DNA of 64,000 bases from Eutreptiella sp. 'Long Island Sound 2002' (Eukaryota > Protista > Euglenida): positions 57,846,001-57,910,000 of the forward strand of contig OZ038379.1 in assembly GCA_964036045.1 (NCBI GenBank), given 5' to 3'. This document shows positions 47,480 to 59,264 of this stretch, piece after piece; the stretch's first letter is position 1, and each line of letters starts with the position of its first letter. A model generated the notes under the pieces. The model searched no databases, was not told where the DNA came from, and worked only from the letters and a program-made list of their open reading frames with translations. The position numbers and the translations under genes are program-made.

Positions 47480-49950
47480 GTTGTTGTGTGTATGTGTCCT
47501 AGACAATGTACACTCAAGCTAATTACTCTTCCCGTGTAGCGCCTGCGGCGGAAACAGGAGTACGTCTCGGCGGGGAGGGTGCAGGTCCACCAGGGCTCTG
47601 AGGCCGAAGGCCCTCACAAACGCTCTGTAGCCCATGTCATCCGGCGGTGGGGTCCCTTTGTCCACCGGCTGGGCCGTCGAGTTGGTGTCCGCCACCACCA
47701 ACAATGACGCCGGGTCAACCATGCGGGTGACCTCGCACCATATCGCCGCCCACCAGCGGACATTGGGCTCACGGCCAATGCGGATTTGGGGGCCCGGTTT
47801 GCTAGCACGTAATACTTTCCCCGCGGGGTGACCACGTCCATCACGTGGGCATTGGTGTCCTCATGGCTCCACAGCAAGGTTGCTCTGGTGGTGGTCCCCG
47901 AGCGGACATACACATCAAACGCCACCCCCATTTTGCCCTTGGCGGGCAACACGATGTGTCTTGTATAGTCCAAGAATGGGTGGTCCTCCTCGCCTGCTCT
48001 GGACTTGGCCTCGGCCATGATGAGGACCTTGTGGCGGCACGCTGCCGTATGCGGGGCCTGCGCCACTAACCACTACCGTAGGTACCTGCCGCGTACATTG
48101 AGCCATAGGTAGCCTACCCGCCGGCCGCTGGCCGGTGAGCCTGGGGATGATCCACTCCCGCAGGGCTGGGGCTTGCTCCCCTAGGACCTTAAAACCCGAT
48201 CAGCGGACCGGCTACAAGGCTTTCGTGTAACCCTTCCGGCCAACGCTCTCGTCCTTCCACTCCGTGTCCCAGAGCACTTGGGCCCGAGACGCCAAGGGGA
48301 CCAAGACGAGCGCAACCCGGGTCCTGTCATAGTTGGCGCTGGCCACCATCACGGTGGTGAGCACCAAGGGGGGCCCCCCGGTTGGGGTAAGGGTCACCGT
48401 GCGGTCTTCAAGGCCAAGCCGGGCCGCATCCACCGGCTGATATCGGTCTCCCCGTTTGATGCAGACTTGCACCCGGGGGGGGGGGGTGCCGCGCGGGACG
48501 TTTGCGGGGCATTGGCACTTCAGAACCAAAGCCCAAATGGCGGGGGGCACCGCCTGGGGCGCGGGGGGGGGGGGGGCAGACTAGGCATAAGCATAAGCCA
48601 TAGCCTAGAGCCAGCACCCCGGGCGGGTGCCCCCATCTGGTGTTGGCAGTCGGAGCTCACCCTCACCTCTATCATGCAATACACTGTGATCCCTAGCCCC
48701 GGCGGGTGGGGAGCCGGGATCACATCCCCCTCTCAAATTGAGAGTGAGACAATGGGGACTCCTAGGGTGAAGCCGATGAGCTAGAGTAGCTCGTGCGTTT
48801 GTTTGGCGTATTGGGCCAAAAGGGGGAGGAGGATGTCGCTATCTAGTGAGTGGGGGCCTGGGATGGGAGTGGTATCTTCGCCCGCCGCCCGCATACGGTG
48901 CCCCACCACCGATAAATGCTCACGGTCTAGGAAAAAAGCGACATCCATGGTCCCGCAAAGGTTTCCTTGCTCCAAGGCAGCATCAGCTGTGAGGGCCACA
49001 AGGCGAGATGCATGTTGGTCGCCGGTGTGTAAGGGGCCTGCGGGCCGGGGCTCATGGGCCTTGGTCTAGGCACTAGGCTCGAACCCGTTGTCCAAGGCGT
49101 CCGTAGTTGGCAAGACGCCAGGGATGCCCAGGTCTTCAGCGTCATCCTCTGCCTGACTTGCTAGCTAAGTGGCCGTGCCTTGGGAGGCGGCCACGGCAAT
49201 ATGGGGAGGCCCGCAAGTCAAGTCACCCCCCGGGGCCAAATCGACCGGGGCACCTTGGACGGCAAGAGGTCGATGTGCCTGGGGGGACACTGGTTTGTCA
49301 TCGGCGTCTGGGGCGGGACCCTGGTGATGCACCGTATGGCCAAGTCACCGAGCACATCGGTCATAGGGCCGGTGGTTTCAGCTTCAGCATGTGGTGCACC
49401 ATGCCAAGAGCGGCTCATGCCCAGGGCTCTCTGGCGAGGGAGGGGGCTCCGGCCAGTCTTCCCACGGGCTAAGCGGAGCTGGGGGGGCGGGGGGCGGGCT
49501 ATCTGTAGGCAGGGCGTCGGCCGACAGGGTTGGCATGGCCTCCTCATGCTTAGGCTACTGTACATCCTCCGAGGGGTCGACCGCCATAAGCTTCTAGGAC
49601 TGCCCCAATTAGGTTTCCTTGGGAGCACGTAGGCCCCACGTAGGGCGAAGGCATGGGACTAGTTGGGCCCCCAGTTGTCGGGCCTCGTTGGTGAGGGGTC
49701 CGTCCTTGGGCGGGTCGCGGCCCTGCCGTGCCTTGGGGGACTAGCGGCAGTGTAGCTGACCGCCCTAGTTTCCCTCTGGCGCAGCCTGAGCCACCCCGGG
49801 CCTCGGTGCGTCGGTGTGGTCGGCCGGCCGCCCTTCCGGCGGCTTCGACACAACAGTTGTGGAGGGGGTAACCCACCGACACCCGGGGCTGTAAGGCAGG
49901 GGCTTCGCCTGAACATTTGGGCGCACCGGGGGGGGGGCTAGTTTGCAGTA
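47480..49950 (-). mobile_element. Family B copy 2: APE N-terminus and upstream ORF1-like region
   Basis: YLWLNVRG, VLIMAEAK, FDVYVRSGTTTRATLLW, VVADTNST; upstream GC-rich disrupted frames. Confidence 0.6.
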
Positions 49951-50678
49951 GGGGGCATGTGAGCATTGTCCGCCACGGCCCCCTGGGAGGGCCGATACTC
50001 AAACCAGCCCTCCTTCTGGGCCCCAGCGGGTGAGAAAGCCGTTTGCGGGCTGGCACTGGTTGGCTTGAGATAGGCGAATGCAGTTGCTTTGAGGGTTAGG
50101 TTTTTGGGGCACGGCAGAATTCTTTGAGTAGCGGCATTTGTTAAAATTCTCCACCCAGACAATAATATAGCTGTAGATTAAGCTAGACATTAGCGCTAGC
50201 CGGCAGGTGGCAACAAGATCCTTACGGTGGGGCTTCTTGGCGGACATCATGCCGTCAGCGCCGGGCACCGACAGACTGATTTGGACAAGAAATCGAATAT
50301 CGGGTCGTCCTTTGAGGGTACGACGTTGAGCGACTCCTGAGGATGTGCAGCAGGGCCTAGGACAGGTTGCAGTGAGCGCATGGTTACACTTTGAACACAC
50401 TAAAGCCCATTAGGGGGCCGCATAGCACCACTCAGGCCCTCCCAAATTTCGGATGCAATAGAGATGTGCAAAGCCTAAAGTGCACTAGATCCAATATGTG
50501 TCATTGGTAGATCTCGTGAAATGGGGTTTTGATTCGTGTGGATGTGTACCCCTGCTGTACGGACGTTGTATCAATTTTGTTGTTGAGATGTTGCCGTGCC
50601 CACCAGATCTATGAAAGTTTGATTGCTCGAATTGGGCGGTCCCCGGATGGAGAGGGGTTGTAGAGGGTCAGCTCACCT

Positions 50679-50722
50679 ATATGGGGAGGGTTGCCTGACC
50701 ATATGGGGAGGGTTGCCTGACC
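50679..50722. repeat. Exact 22-bp tandem duplication
   Basis: ATATGGGGAGGGTTGCCTGACC twice. Confidence 0.95.
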
Positions 50723-51299
50723 TGTGCCCCTACTTCCATAGCATTCTTCCCCAAAACATTTTCTCATGAGGTTGCAGGCCATGGTGGAGTGGCAGCTCCT
50801 GCCGCCCGGAAAAAAGCGGGGAGTCTAAGGCCAACACAGAAATTTGCGTTCGGGTCTAGGATAAAATTTGGAGCACCTTCATTGGCTCCATATGCCCGAA
50901 ATGAGTAAGAGTGCTTTCAATCCATTGCAGTTCAGGAACTCTTGGCAGACAGACATATTGATCTGAATTTAGTTCTCCAGAAAAGATCAATGAAGAGGGC
51001 CTTTTGCATTCCATTGCTTTGCTCTCCTGCTCTGTGGGTGCTTGAGCAGAGACAATTCACCAAAAAATTATGAGGAGGCCAAGGCATTGCTAAGCAATGA
51101 CGGGTGTGGGGAGGGGCAAATGGGGTTAAGGACAAGCGGCCCACCCAGCCACAAGGGGGAGTACTTACCAACCTCCACCGGGGATGGGGTGAGAAGGCAC
51201 GTGTACCAAGTTGTGCTTTTCAGTGACATTGGCACGGCATTGCATAGCACAAGTTGAATGACCGGGTTTCAGAGTGACAATACATCGGGAGGGTGGGGG

Positions 51300-52420
51300 G
51301 GGGGGATGGTATGGTTTGGTAATTGCCCTACGGTTTTGGAGGCTCCGGGCTACCGCCCGTCACCCCCTCACGCTCCCTGTGTATAGGGCCAGGGTTGTTC
51401 CTCCACCCCTTCGGCACCCGGGCGGTGGAGTTCCGTAATGGGGGGGGGGGCTGTGGTGTGCGCGGTGCTCCCCCCCTCCCCCTCATAGGTGGCACCCTGT
51501 GCTGTCCTGTGTTCCTCCCCCTGGCCTGGGCCCTTCTTTGTGCCCTACATGGAGTCAAGTTGGCAGTCTCTGATTTGGGAGCTGCAAGTCCAGAGTTCGG
51601 GTGCCGCCGCGGAGCCCAAGGGGGCTACGGGTCTCGCTTCACCGTGCGGTAGAAAGAGAGTGCAGGCGTGACACTTATGTGCCTGGAGTCATCCATACGC
51701 CAAGAGACCCCAGCTGGGTAGCCCACTTGAGGCCAAGGCATAAGCTGAGGTTTCAGCCTAATATATGTGGGCCTGAAGTGATCACCACAAGGCCCTCCGA
51801 GGACGGTGAGGTGTGCAGCGCCCATCGCATGGCTGTAGGACCAGGATTGAGGTCTGCACAGCAGACCACATCTGCTTGTCCGTCCACACTTGCCACTGGC
51901 TGAGGCGGGAGTGGGAGAACGGGCCCGTCCGCCGCGCGCACACGGCGCCAGCGGGCTGCCTGCATCACGCAAGTCAACACCAAGGAACCTTCTACAGTTA
52001 AGGCTATCCCGGGGCGGTTGTTTATCCCACCGCTCGGCACTTCAGCGAAGGGGTCCCACAAGAGAGGGCGGCCAGCCAGCGAAGTAAGGATGGAGGCAAT
52101 CAGGTCGTCAAGTGGCTTCGGAGCTGCGGGGGTGGCGGACACGGTAGCCCAGACTAGTGCCCGCAGGGAGTTCGGCCGCTGAGGTGGGGGGCTGGACTGG
52201 GCGACCAGCCCCTAGTGCATATCATTGTCCACTGGCTACCAAGGGTGGTGGGGGGTTGAGGAGCTGTGGGTTGGGCCGTTACCCCCAGCACCAGGGAGGG
52301 AGCGCCATCGTGGGCGAGGACGCTACCACGCGAATGGCCCCTTGAGCGCCGGGTGGAATGAGGTCCCCTGCCCATGCGCGCCAGACGGCAATAGCAGGGT
52401 AGAGGAGGGCTGTTAGTAGG
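51300..52420. mobile_element. GC-rich decayed retroelement-like segment
   Basis: Composition and overlapping disrupted ORFs similar to neighbouring retroelements; no diagnostic motif found. Confidence 0.25.
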
Positions 52421-52535
52421 GCTGGGCTTCCCAGGCTTCGTGGCAAGGCAGGTCGTGGAAGGTGTGGGAGTAGTATGGCACACCGCAGTGCCAAGCTTGG
52501 GAGGACAGGCTACCCACGTGTACAGCCTGTTGCAG

Positions 52536-52745
52536 ATGGAGCGTAGGAGGGCCTTGGACCAGCGCAGGCTCTTTCATAGAACGGACATAGCGCACAACTG
52601 TGTGTTGAGGGAACATTTTCAGATGTGTGAGGAGTGCAATGGGTCAGGGAAAGGAGGTGTACATGAGTTCTGTGAACAATGTCTCAGAGTTCTGGTCCTG
52701 CAACATATGAACATACAGGCCCAGAGGTGTTGGGGCGGACCCTAA
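52536..52745 (+). CDS. Candidate exon or ORF with CxxCxGxG and CxxC motifs
   Basis: TGTTGCAG precedes ATG; peptide LREHFQMCEECNGSGKGGVHEFCEQCLRVLVLQH. Confidence 0.3.
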   Translation: MERRRALDQRRLFHRTDIAHNCVLREHFQMCEECNGSGKGGVHEFCEQCLRVLVLQHMNIQAQRCWGGP

Positions 52746-53726
52746 TCGCATCAACAAGCACAAGAGGGTGCAGAACACCACCATGAGGAACTGATGTTGG
52801 AAGGGCAAACGGCCGCCTAATGGATTGCATTTGTGCCGTTGTCCACAGTTTTCTTTGGTTTGGCAGTGGCACTTTTTTGAGGTGTCGGTGTGCATCCGAA
52901 GAGCCCATCCCGAAACACGGCACAGCGATGAATGCACACGACAACTCTGATGCAGGTCCATGACATTGTGGTGTGTCATGTGTGAGCCAGTGAGTCAAAG
53001 AGGGTAGCCCCAATTCTAAGATTGGTCCTGAGCAATGGGGCAATCTCAGGTCGTGCTTGATGTGTTTGCTGCATTTCACGTGTGGTTTACAGTGCCTCAG
53101 ACAGGGGTTTTGCATTTCTGCGGCCCGCCCACCGACTCATCGGTGTTTGGCTCGTTCACTCGCTTTGAAGGTTCATCTCGAATCCCTTTCACCATTTCTG
53201 AATGCCACTGCACAGCAAACCGGAAAGCCATCCAGGCACTGCACAGCACAAGTAGCAAGAATAAAGTACACCGACTGGGCACCCAGTGGCCACCAGTGTT
53301 CAACAAGCCTCCCCCCCCATCCCCAAATGCTTTTGCTACATTTCACCAGAAAATGTACTCCTGGCTGGCAGTTAACCAATCGCAGTCCACTGATCTCCAC
53401 AGCACTTTGTAGCGAATAGTTGGCGAGTGACAGTCCAGGGGGCTGTCCTCAAAGGCATCCCCCATCGCCCTTGCACAAACCATACTCTGTCCAAGCCGTG
53501 TGGGGTGCAGTTCCTGCTACTTTTTGGAACCAGTAAATCAGCAGCTCTGTTCGTCAGTTCAGGTATTGTTCCATGTGCTCATGCAGTGGGGGGGGGGGGG
53601 AGGGGCTTAAGCTTTGTGTGTGACCCCCTTCAGCCCCCTGTTTGGGTTGAGACAGATCATGATCTAGGGGTCCAACTGCGCCAAAATTTTTTTAATGCTG
53701 AGGGCAAGGGATGAATCACCTGGAAG

Positions 53727-54620
53727 AGAGGTTGTTAGACCACATGCAGGCGTGGGCGCCATTTCCCCTCGCTTTTTGGGATCATTTGCGTAGCATACCG
53801 CAAGATATGGTACTGGATGTCTAACCCCTTGTAAAATCATCATCTTGGGACAGGAAATGATCCCCCCAGGGGATCTTTCGATTTTGACACCTCTATCCCC
53901 CTGTAGCTGGGTACCACTTTTCTGGGCGAGGGGGGGGGGGTTCAAAACTTTGTGTATTGTGGCCACTGTGTGTTGAATTAGAACTACACACTGGCATGCG
54001 TCGGCTTAAAAATCAGGCAGAGATTTTTGGATCAAAACCACGCAGGACCGCATACAGGAACCTTACCTCAAAGGGTTGAATTGTTGGTTTAACCCCTTGT
54101 AAAAGCATTTTTTTGTCCAATAAACACACCCGCACTTGAAACTCAGTTTTTTGAGGGCGGGCTGAGGTTCGGGGGGGGGGTCAAAAGCTGTAGATAGCAT
54201 ATGGCTTCGAACATTGGAACTGATGCAGTGTGAATGCTGATTGCACCATCAAAAACAAAAAAATGTTGAAAAAATGCCCCCCGTGTTTTGGTTGAAAATA
54301 ATGAATGCTTTGGTTTTTTTCGATTTTGAAGTGAACAAGTGTTTTCAGGTCCCGGATCCATAGGGTTTGTGTGGGCAGAATGGGACGAGTGCTGAAGCAG
54401 TATATACAGTTTCCAGGCATTGTTGCTATGGCGGTGTTTTTGGCGACCTCAGTGACTCCGTGGTATCCACTTTGAGGGGTGCAAGTGGGGATGTTGTGAC
54501 AGTATATGCATACTAGGATGCCAAAGGATATTTTTTTGTAGCCTCTTGCCATGCCTACGGCCGATCATGACCAGTGTGAAAGAGGCGAAATGACCGTTTC
54601 CACTAAAATCTACATGTCTA
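53727..54620. repeat. Dispersed non-coding repeat, copy 1
   Basis: GAGGTTGTTAGA...GCGTAGCATACC...CCCCTTGTAAAATCATCAT recurs at 56688 and 57300; 54090-54620 matches 57420-57920, with a short match at ~1860-1920. Confidence 0.75.
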
Positions 54621-56254
54621 CATGTGTTGGGTGAAAAGTGCACTTTCTTTGGCAAACCCTTCACCAAATAGGCCCTCTTGGTTTGTTGGCCTTATTTGCA
54701 TTTCAGGGGCAAAAGCTGGTTGGCCTATAGCCACTGCTGTGTATTGATTCACACGCGGGTCCCGTGCCACTTTTTTCTTCTTTGTGCATCCCCTGACCAA
54801 CCCAGCTGGTGCTACATGGCTCCCCGTGGCTTTACACATACTCCCATTGTCACCAATGATCACCGAACAACAGCCCAAGGGTCCTTGGGGGTAGTCGTGG
54901 GTCGCCTGGTTCGCCACTTTTGAGCCAACCCATGCCGGCCGAAAAACAGCTAAGTCCTCACCACTGGGGCCTAAAAGGGGGGTTGCTCCAGGAAGCTTGG
55001 GGATAGCACTTGGGAGGCTGTCATGCCCTCTTCGAGGGGTTTACTAGCCCTTAAAAGCACCGTTTTGGGCTGGCTTGCACTATAGTGGGTGAAAGTTGGT
55101 TGGATTGTAGCTGTCACTGCGTGTTGATTCTGACCTTGGGCCCATTCCACTTTTTTCTTCCATATGGGCCCCCTAACCAATGACAGGGCCTAGCCCACCT
55201 ATAGGTGCCCCACAGTGAAGACTTAGCCGTTTTCTGGGCCGTCCACCAACCACCTCCAGGGATTCTTGCGCTGTTGTTCGGGGATCATTTGGTGACAATT
55301 GGAGTATGTATATATCTTCTAGGCTCTACTAACACACATTTTTGTAGCATTTCTGTCAAGGGTAGTTCCAAAAAATTATGTACATGTGACACCTCTCCCA
55401 AGGCCATTTTGGGGGCCACATATTGGTGTTAATTGGCTACCGCAATTACTTGGTTTCACCCAGCCAACAAAAAGCATTTGTAGACGCCGTGTTGCTTTTT
55501 TTTTTGGGTGCTGTTTGGTTCTAGACCATTCCCATGAGAACTCGTGTCATAGGACGTAATTTTGAAGAGTGCGCCTGGTACCGGACTCATCCAGAGTGAA
55601 TTGGTTGTACGCCATGAGATCTCCTACATGTTTGGTTCCAAACCCTTTGATTACCCAATGTTGTACACCTACCGTCAAGATACTTTGATACTTCTTGCAC
55701 CACCACTTCCTTTTCTCTTACGGTCAACGGATTTTTTTTGCCATTCCACGTGATTGTGCCGCGATGTTTCTGGCTCTAGACACCTTCAGACAGCCACCCA
55801 AATCAACGAAAACAAGTTTCCATGCAGTCATTTTTGTGCGGGTGTCCTATTCCAGACACATCTACTGCGGTCAACGGAAACAAGTTTCCTACCACGATTT
55901 TTCACTGCTTTTGGTGCTGGACAATGCCGAAGAAAAGCTGTACCACGGCACCTGCTTTTGCAGTGATGTGTGTGGTTCTAGACACCATTGGATTCAAGGC
56001 CCCTAAGTAGCCGCGATTTCGGGGATCTTCGGTGACCGGTGGTTTGGTAGTGTTTTGCACTCTGTGATTTTAGGGACCATCAATTTATAGTAGCAGAAGT
56101 GGAGTAGTGCTTACGCAAGAGCAAACCACTAGAGGAGGGGCTGTAGGTCTCGGTTTCGATGCCCACCAATGTTTTCTTCGCTTCCAATGTCCTGCCGATG
56201 TGCTCGAGTTTGGTTTAGAACGGAGACAACACTTTTATTAGCGGGCTGATGTCC

Positions 56255-56346
56255 AAAAAAAGCGCCTCGACAGCTCCCAATGGCAGAATTCGAACCAGCC
56301 ACTTTTCTTGTGCAGGCCATTGCATCTACCATTGGGACACTACACC
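56255..56346 (-). ncRNA. tRNA-like Pol III unit (SINE head or tRNA pseudogene) lacking an anticodon arm
   Basis: Minus strand TCCCAATGG TAGATGCAATGG (A-box-like) ... GGTTCGAATTC (B-box) ... CCATTGGGA, followed by T7 about 12 nt downstream. Confidence 0.35.
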
Positions 56347-56687
56347 AATCTACTACACACTTTCTCACAGGTGGCGCATTGTTCTAGCAGCAATTTTTTT
56401 CCCTATTGATGTGACATAATTTTGGTTTCCACACGACTACAAGTGCGGAACATCCAAAACAAAAATGTTTTTGGGCAGGTGCATAACAAAACCCAACCAC
56501 GTGCTTTGATTTAAGCCAATTTACTTTAGCTCTTTTTTGTGGATGGTGGTTTATTACTGAACCGGTTTATCAATAATCAAAAAACCGAATAGGTATGGAT
56601 AAAACCGGAGACAAATGTCACGACAATGGTAAGTACATGATAAGGTGGAGCAAAAAGCCCTTTGCACATTTTAGTATCACCTTGAAG

Positions 56688-57920
56688 AGAGGTTGTTAGA
56701 TCAAGCGCAGGCGCGAGCGTCGTACACCCCCCTTTTTTGGGGTCGTTCGCGTAGCATACCCCAACATATGGTTTCTGACGTCTATCCCCTTGTAAAATCA
56801 TCATTTTAGGATAAAAAATGATCCCCCAATGATTTTTTGGATTTTGACTCCCGTACCCCCCCCCCCCACCGCACCTGGGTACCTCTTTTTTAGGGGGCGG
56901 GGGTGGGGTAGGGGAGGTCAAAACTTCTTTGCATATTGTGGTCGCTGCGTGTGTATTTGGGCCTGGGTCCTGGAGAACTTTTTTCTTGTATATGGACCCC
57001 TTAACCCATGGCGGGGGTCCCGGATCCCAACTCTAGGTAGCCCCAGTCCCCCCCCCCCCCCATATGGCCCCTTGGCAGTGAGGACTGAGCCGTTTTCGCT
57101 GTATAGGCTGTTTAGAGGCACGTGAAAGTTTTTTGAATTTCGAGTTTGCATGAATACCTTCCGTCCCTCCTAGGACGGGTTTGGGTGATCATGTGGTGAC
57201 AATACAGGTACTTGAGCACCCATGGGAACCCACATAGTGGCCACTAGGCCCATCTAGCCCGTGCCATGGGCCCCCCAAAAGCTTCAAAGTCAGCTCGCAG
57301 AGGTTGTTAGATCAAAGCCAGGCAGGCGTATGTAGGGAAAAATGCCACATACCCCCCCATTTTGGGACTTTTTGGGCCTATTCGCGTAGCCTACCCCGAG
57401 GGGTTGGATTCTTAGTTTGGCCCCTAGTAAAATCATTATTTTGTCCAATAAACGCATCCCCCAACGAGTTTTCAGTCCGGACCCCCCCCCCCGACCCCCC
57501 CCCCCACTTGAAACCCACTTTTTTTTGAAGTTTTGAGAGAGGTGGGGGGGTGGAGGGGGTGCGGGGGTCAGAAATCGAACCCCCCCTTTTTTGGGTCGAA
57601 AATCATGAATCTTTTGGTTTTTTTTTTCGATTTTGAGCCGAAAAATTGTTTCCGGGTCCCGACTCCATGGGGTTTGTATGGGGCGGAGTGGGACGAGCAC
57701 TGCTGCAGCTTATGCACTTTTTAGCCATTTTTGGTATGTTGGCGGTTTTGGCGACCTAGGTGACCCCCTGGTACGCACTGTGAGGGGTGTGAGTGGGGAT
57801 GTTGTGACAGTTTTTGCCTACTAGCATACGAAAGGACGTTCTTTGCAGTCCGTAGCCTTGCCGAGGGCCAGTCAATGCCGGTGCCAAAGACGCGAAATGA
57901 TTGTTTCCACCAATAATGGC
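56688..57920. repeat. Dispersed non-coding repeat, copies 2 and 3
   Basis: Diverged copies of 53727-54620. Confidence 0.75.
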
Positions 57921-57970
57921 CTAGTGAATGGGCCAGCTCACAACCTGATCATGCAGCTTTTCGCCTCGGA

Positions 57971-58650
57971 CAGCTCAAAAATCGAAGTTTTCGAAACCTG
58001 TTTTTGTGACTTTCTGACCACATGATATGAGCATCCAAGCTATGTAAAGCATTTTTTAGGCCGTATTTACGTGTTTTTCACCCTATTTGGGTATTAGGTC
58101 CGGGGGGGGGGGGTCTCCCAAGGGTTTGGTACACAACCTGCTTATGCAATTTTTCACCGTGGGCAGCTCAAAAATCGAAGTTTCCGGAAGTTGTTTTTTT
58201 GATATTGCGATCCCTTAAAATGACCATCCAAGCTATGTAAAGCATGTTTTAGGCCGTATTTACATGTTTTTAACCCTATTTAGGGATTAGGTCTGGGCGG
58301 TGGGGGTCTCCCAAGGGATTGGTACAAAACCGGATTATGCAATTTTTCACCCGGGGCAGCTCAAAAATGAATTTTTCGAAAGTGTTTTTTTTATATCGTG
58401 ATCACCTAAAATGACCATCCAAGGTATGTAAAGCATGTTGTAGGCTGCATTTACCTGTTTTTCACCCATTTCGGGTTTTAGGTCCGGGGGGGGGGGGGAG
58501 GGGGGGCTCCCAAGGGATTGGTACAAAACTTGCAAATGCATTTTTTCACCTTGGACGGCTCAAAAGCCGAAGTTTTCGAAACTTATTTTTTCGATACCGT
58601 GATCACTTAAAATGACCATCCAGGCTATGTAAAGCATAAATTAACCCGTA
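57971..58650. repeat. ~195-bp tandem repeat, ~3.5 copies
   Basis: CAGCTCAAAAATCGAAG-like anchor at 57971, 58164, 58357 and 58556 (periods 193, 193, 199); shared CATCCAAGCTATGTAAAGCAT. Confidence 0.9.
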
Positions 58651-59264
58651 TTTATGTAGTTTTTAGTTGGACTTGTGGGGCCAAGTGAGGGACAACAACC
58701 CTACCCGCCAAGCCCCCCCTCCCCAACCCCGGCCCCCTTCGACATGGATGGAGGTGGTGGTGCACGCCCTCCTCCCCACGGTCACCGACGTCTGGTGGGC
58801 CACCCTGACGGAGCCGGGGGAGATCCATGCCACGGCCCGGTGGCCCGACGTCCTCCGCCGCGTCGACCCGGCGCTTCACCAAGACCTCCTGCACGAGGTC
58901 ACCCAGGAAGCTCGCCGCGTCGCCGGGGGATGGGAGCAAGGTCACCCCCTGCGCATGTGCCCCCCCCCCCCCATGCCGCCTGCCGCCGGCGGCCGCCGCC
59001 TCACCCTACGCCGCCCCCTCCACCGCCCGGCGCGCCCGCCCTGGGCTGGTGACCGTCCCCGACCGCTTGACCACGGTGCAGCAGGCCCGGGAGCAGAGAT
59101 GAACTTGCAGGCATGCTTTGCTGCCCCTCTGGCCCCTTACTTCGCACCCACTGACCACTCGTGGTTGAGTACGTGTGTGGGTGGGTACTCCCCCCCTCCC
59201 CCCCCCCCGCTGGGGCCACCGGGGCTCCGCTCTCCCCCCCGTCCCGGTGGGGTGCCGCCGTGTA

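Noticed and set aside
50380-50470. Second HDV-like ribozyme at the presumed 5' end of family B copy 2
   Set aside because: A GGGCC/GGCCC pairing exists, but P2, P3 and J4/2 could not be assembled.
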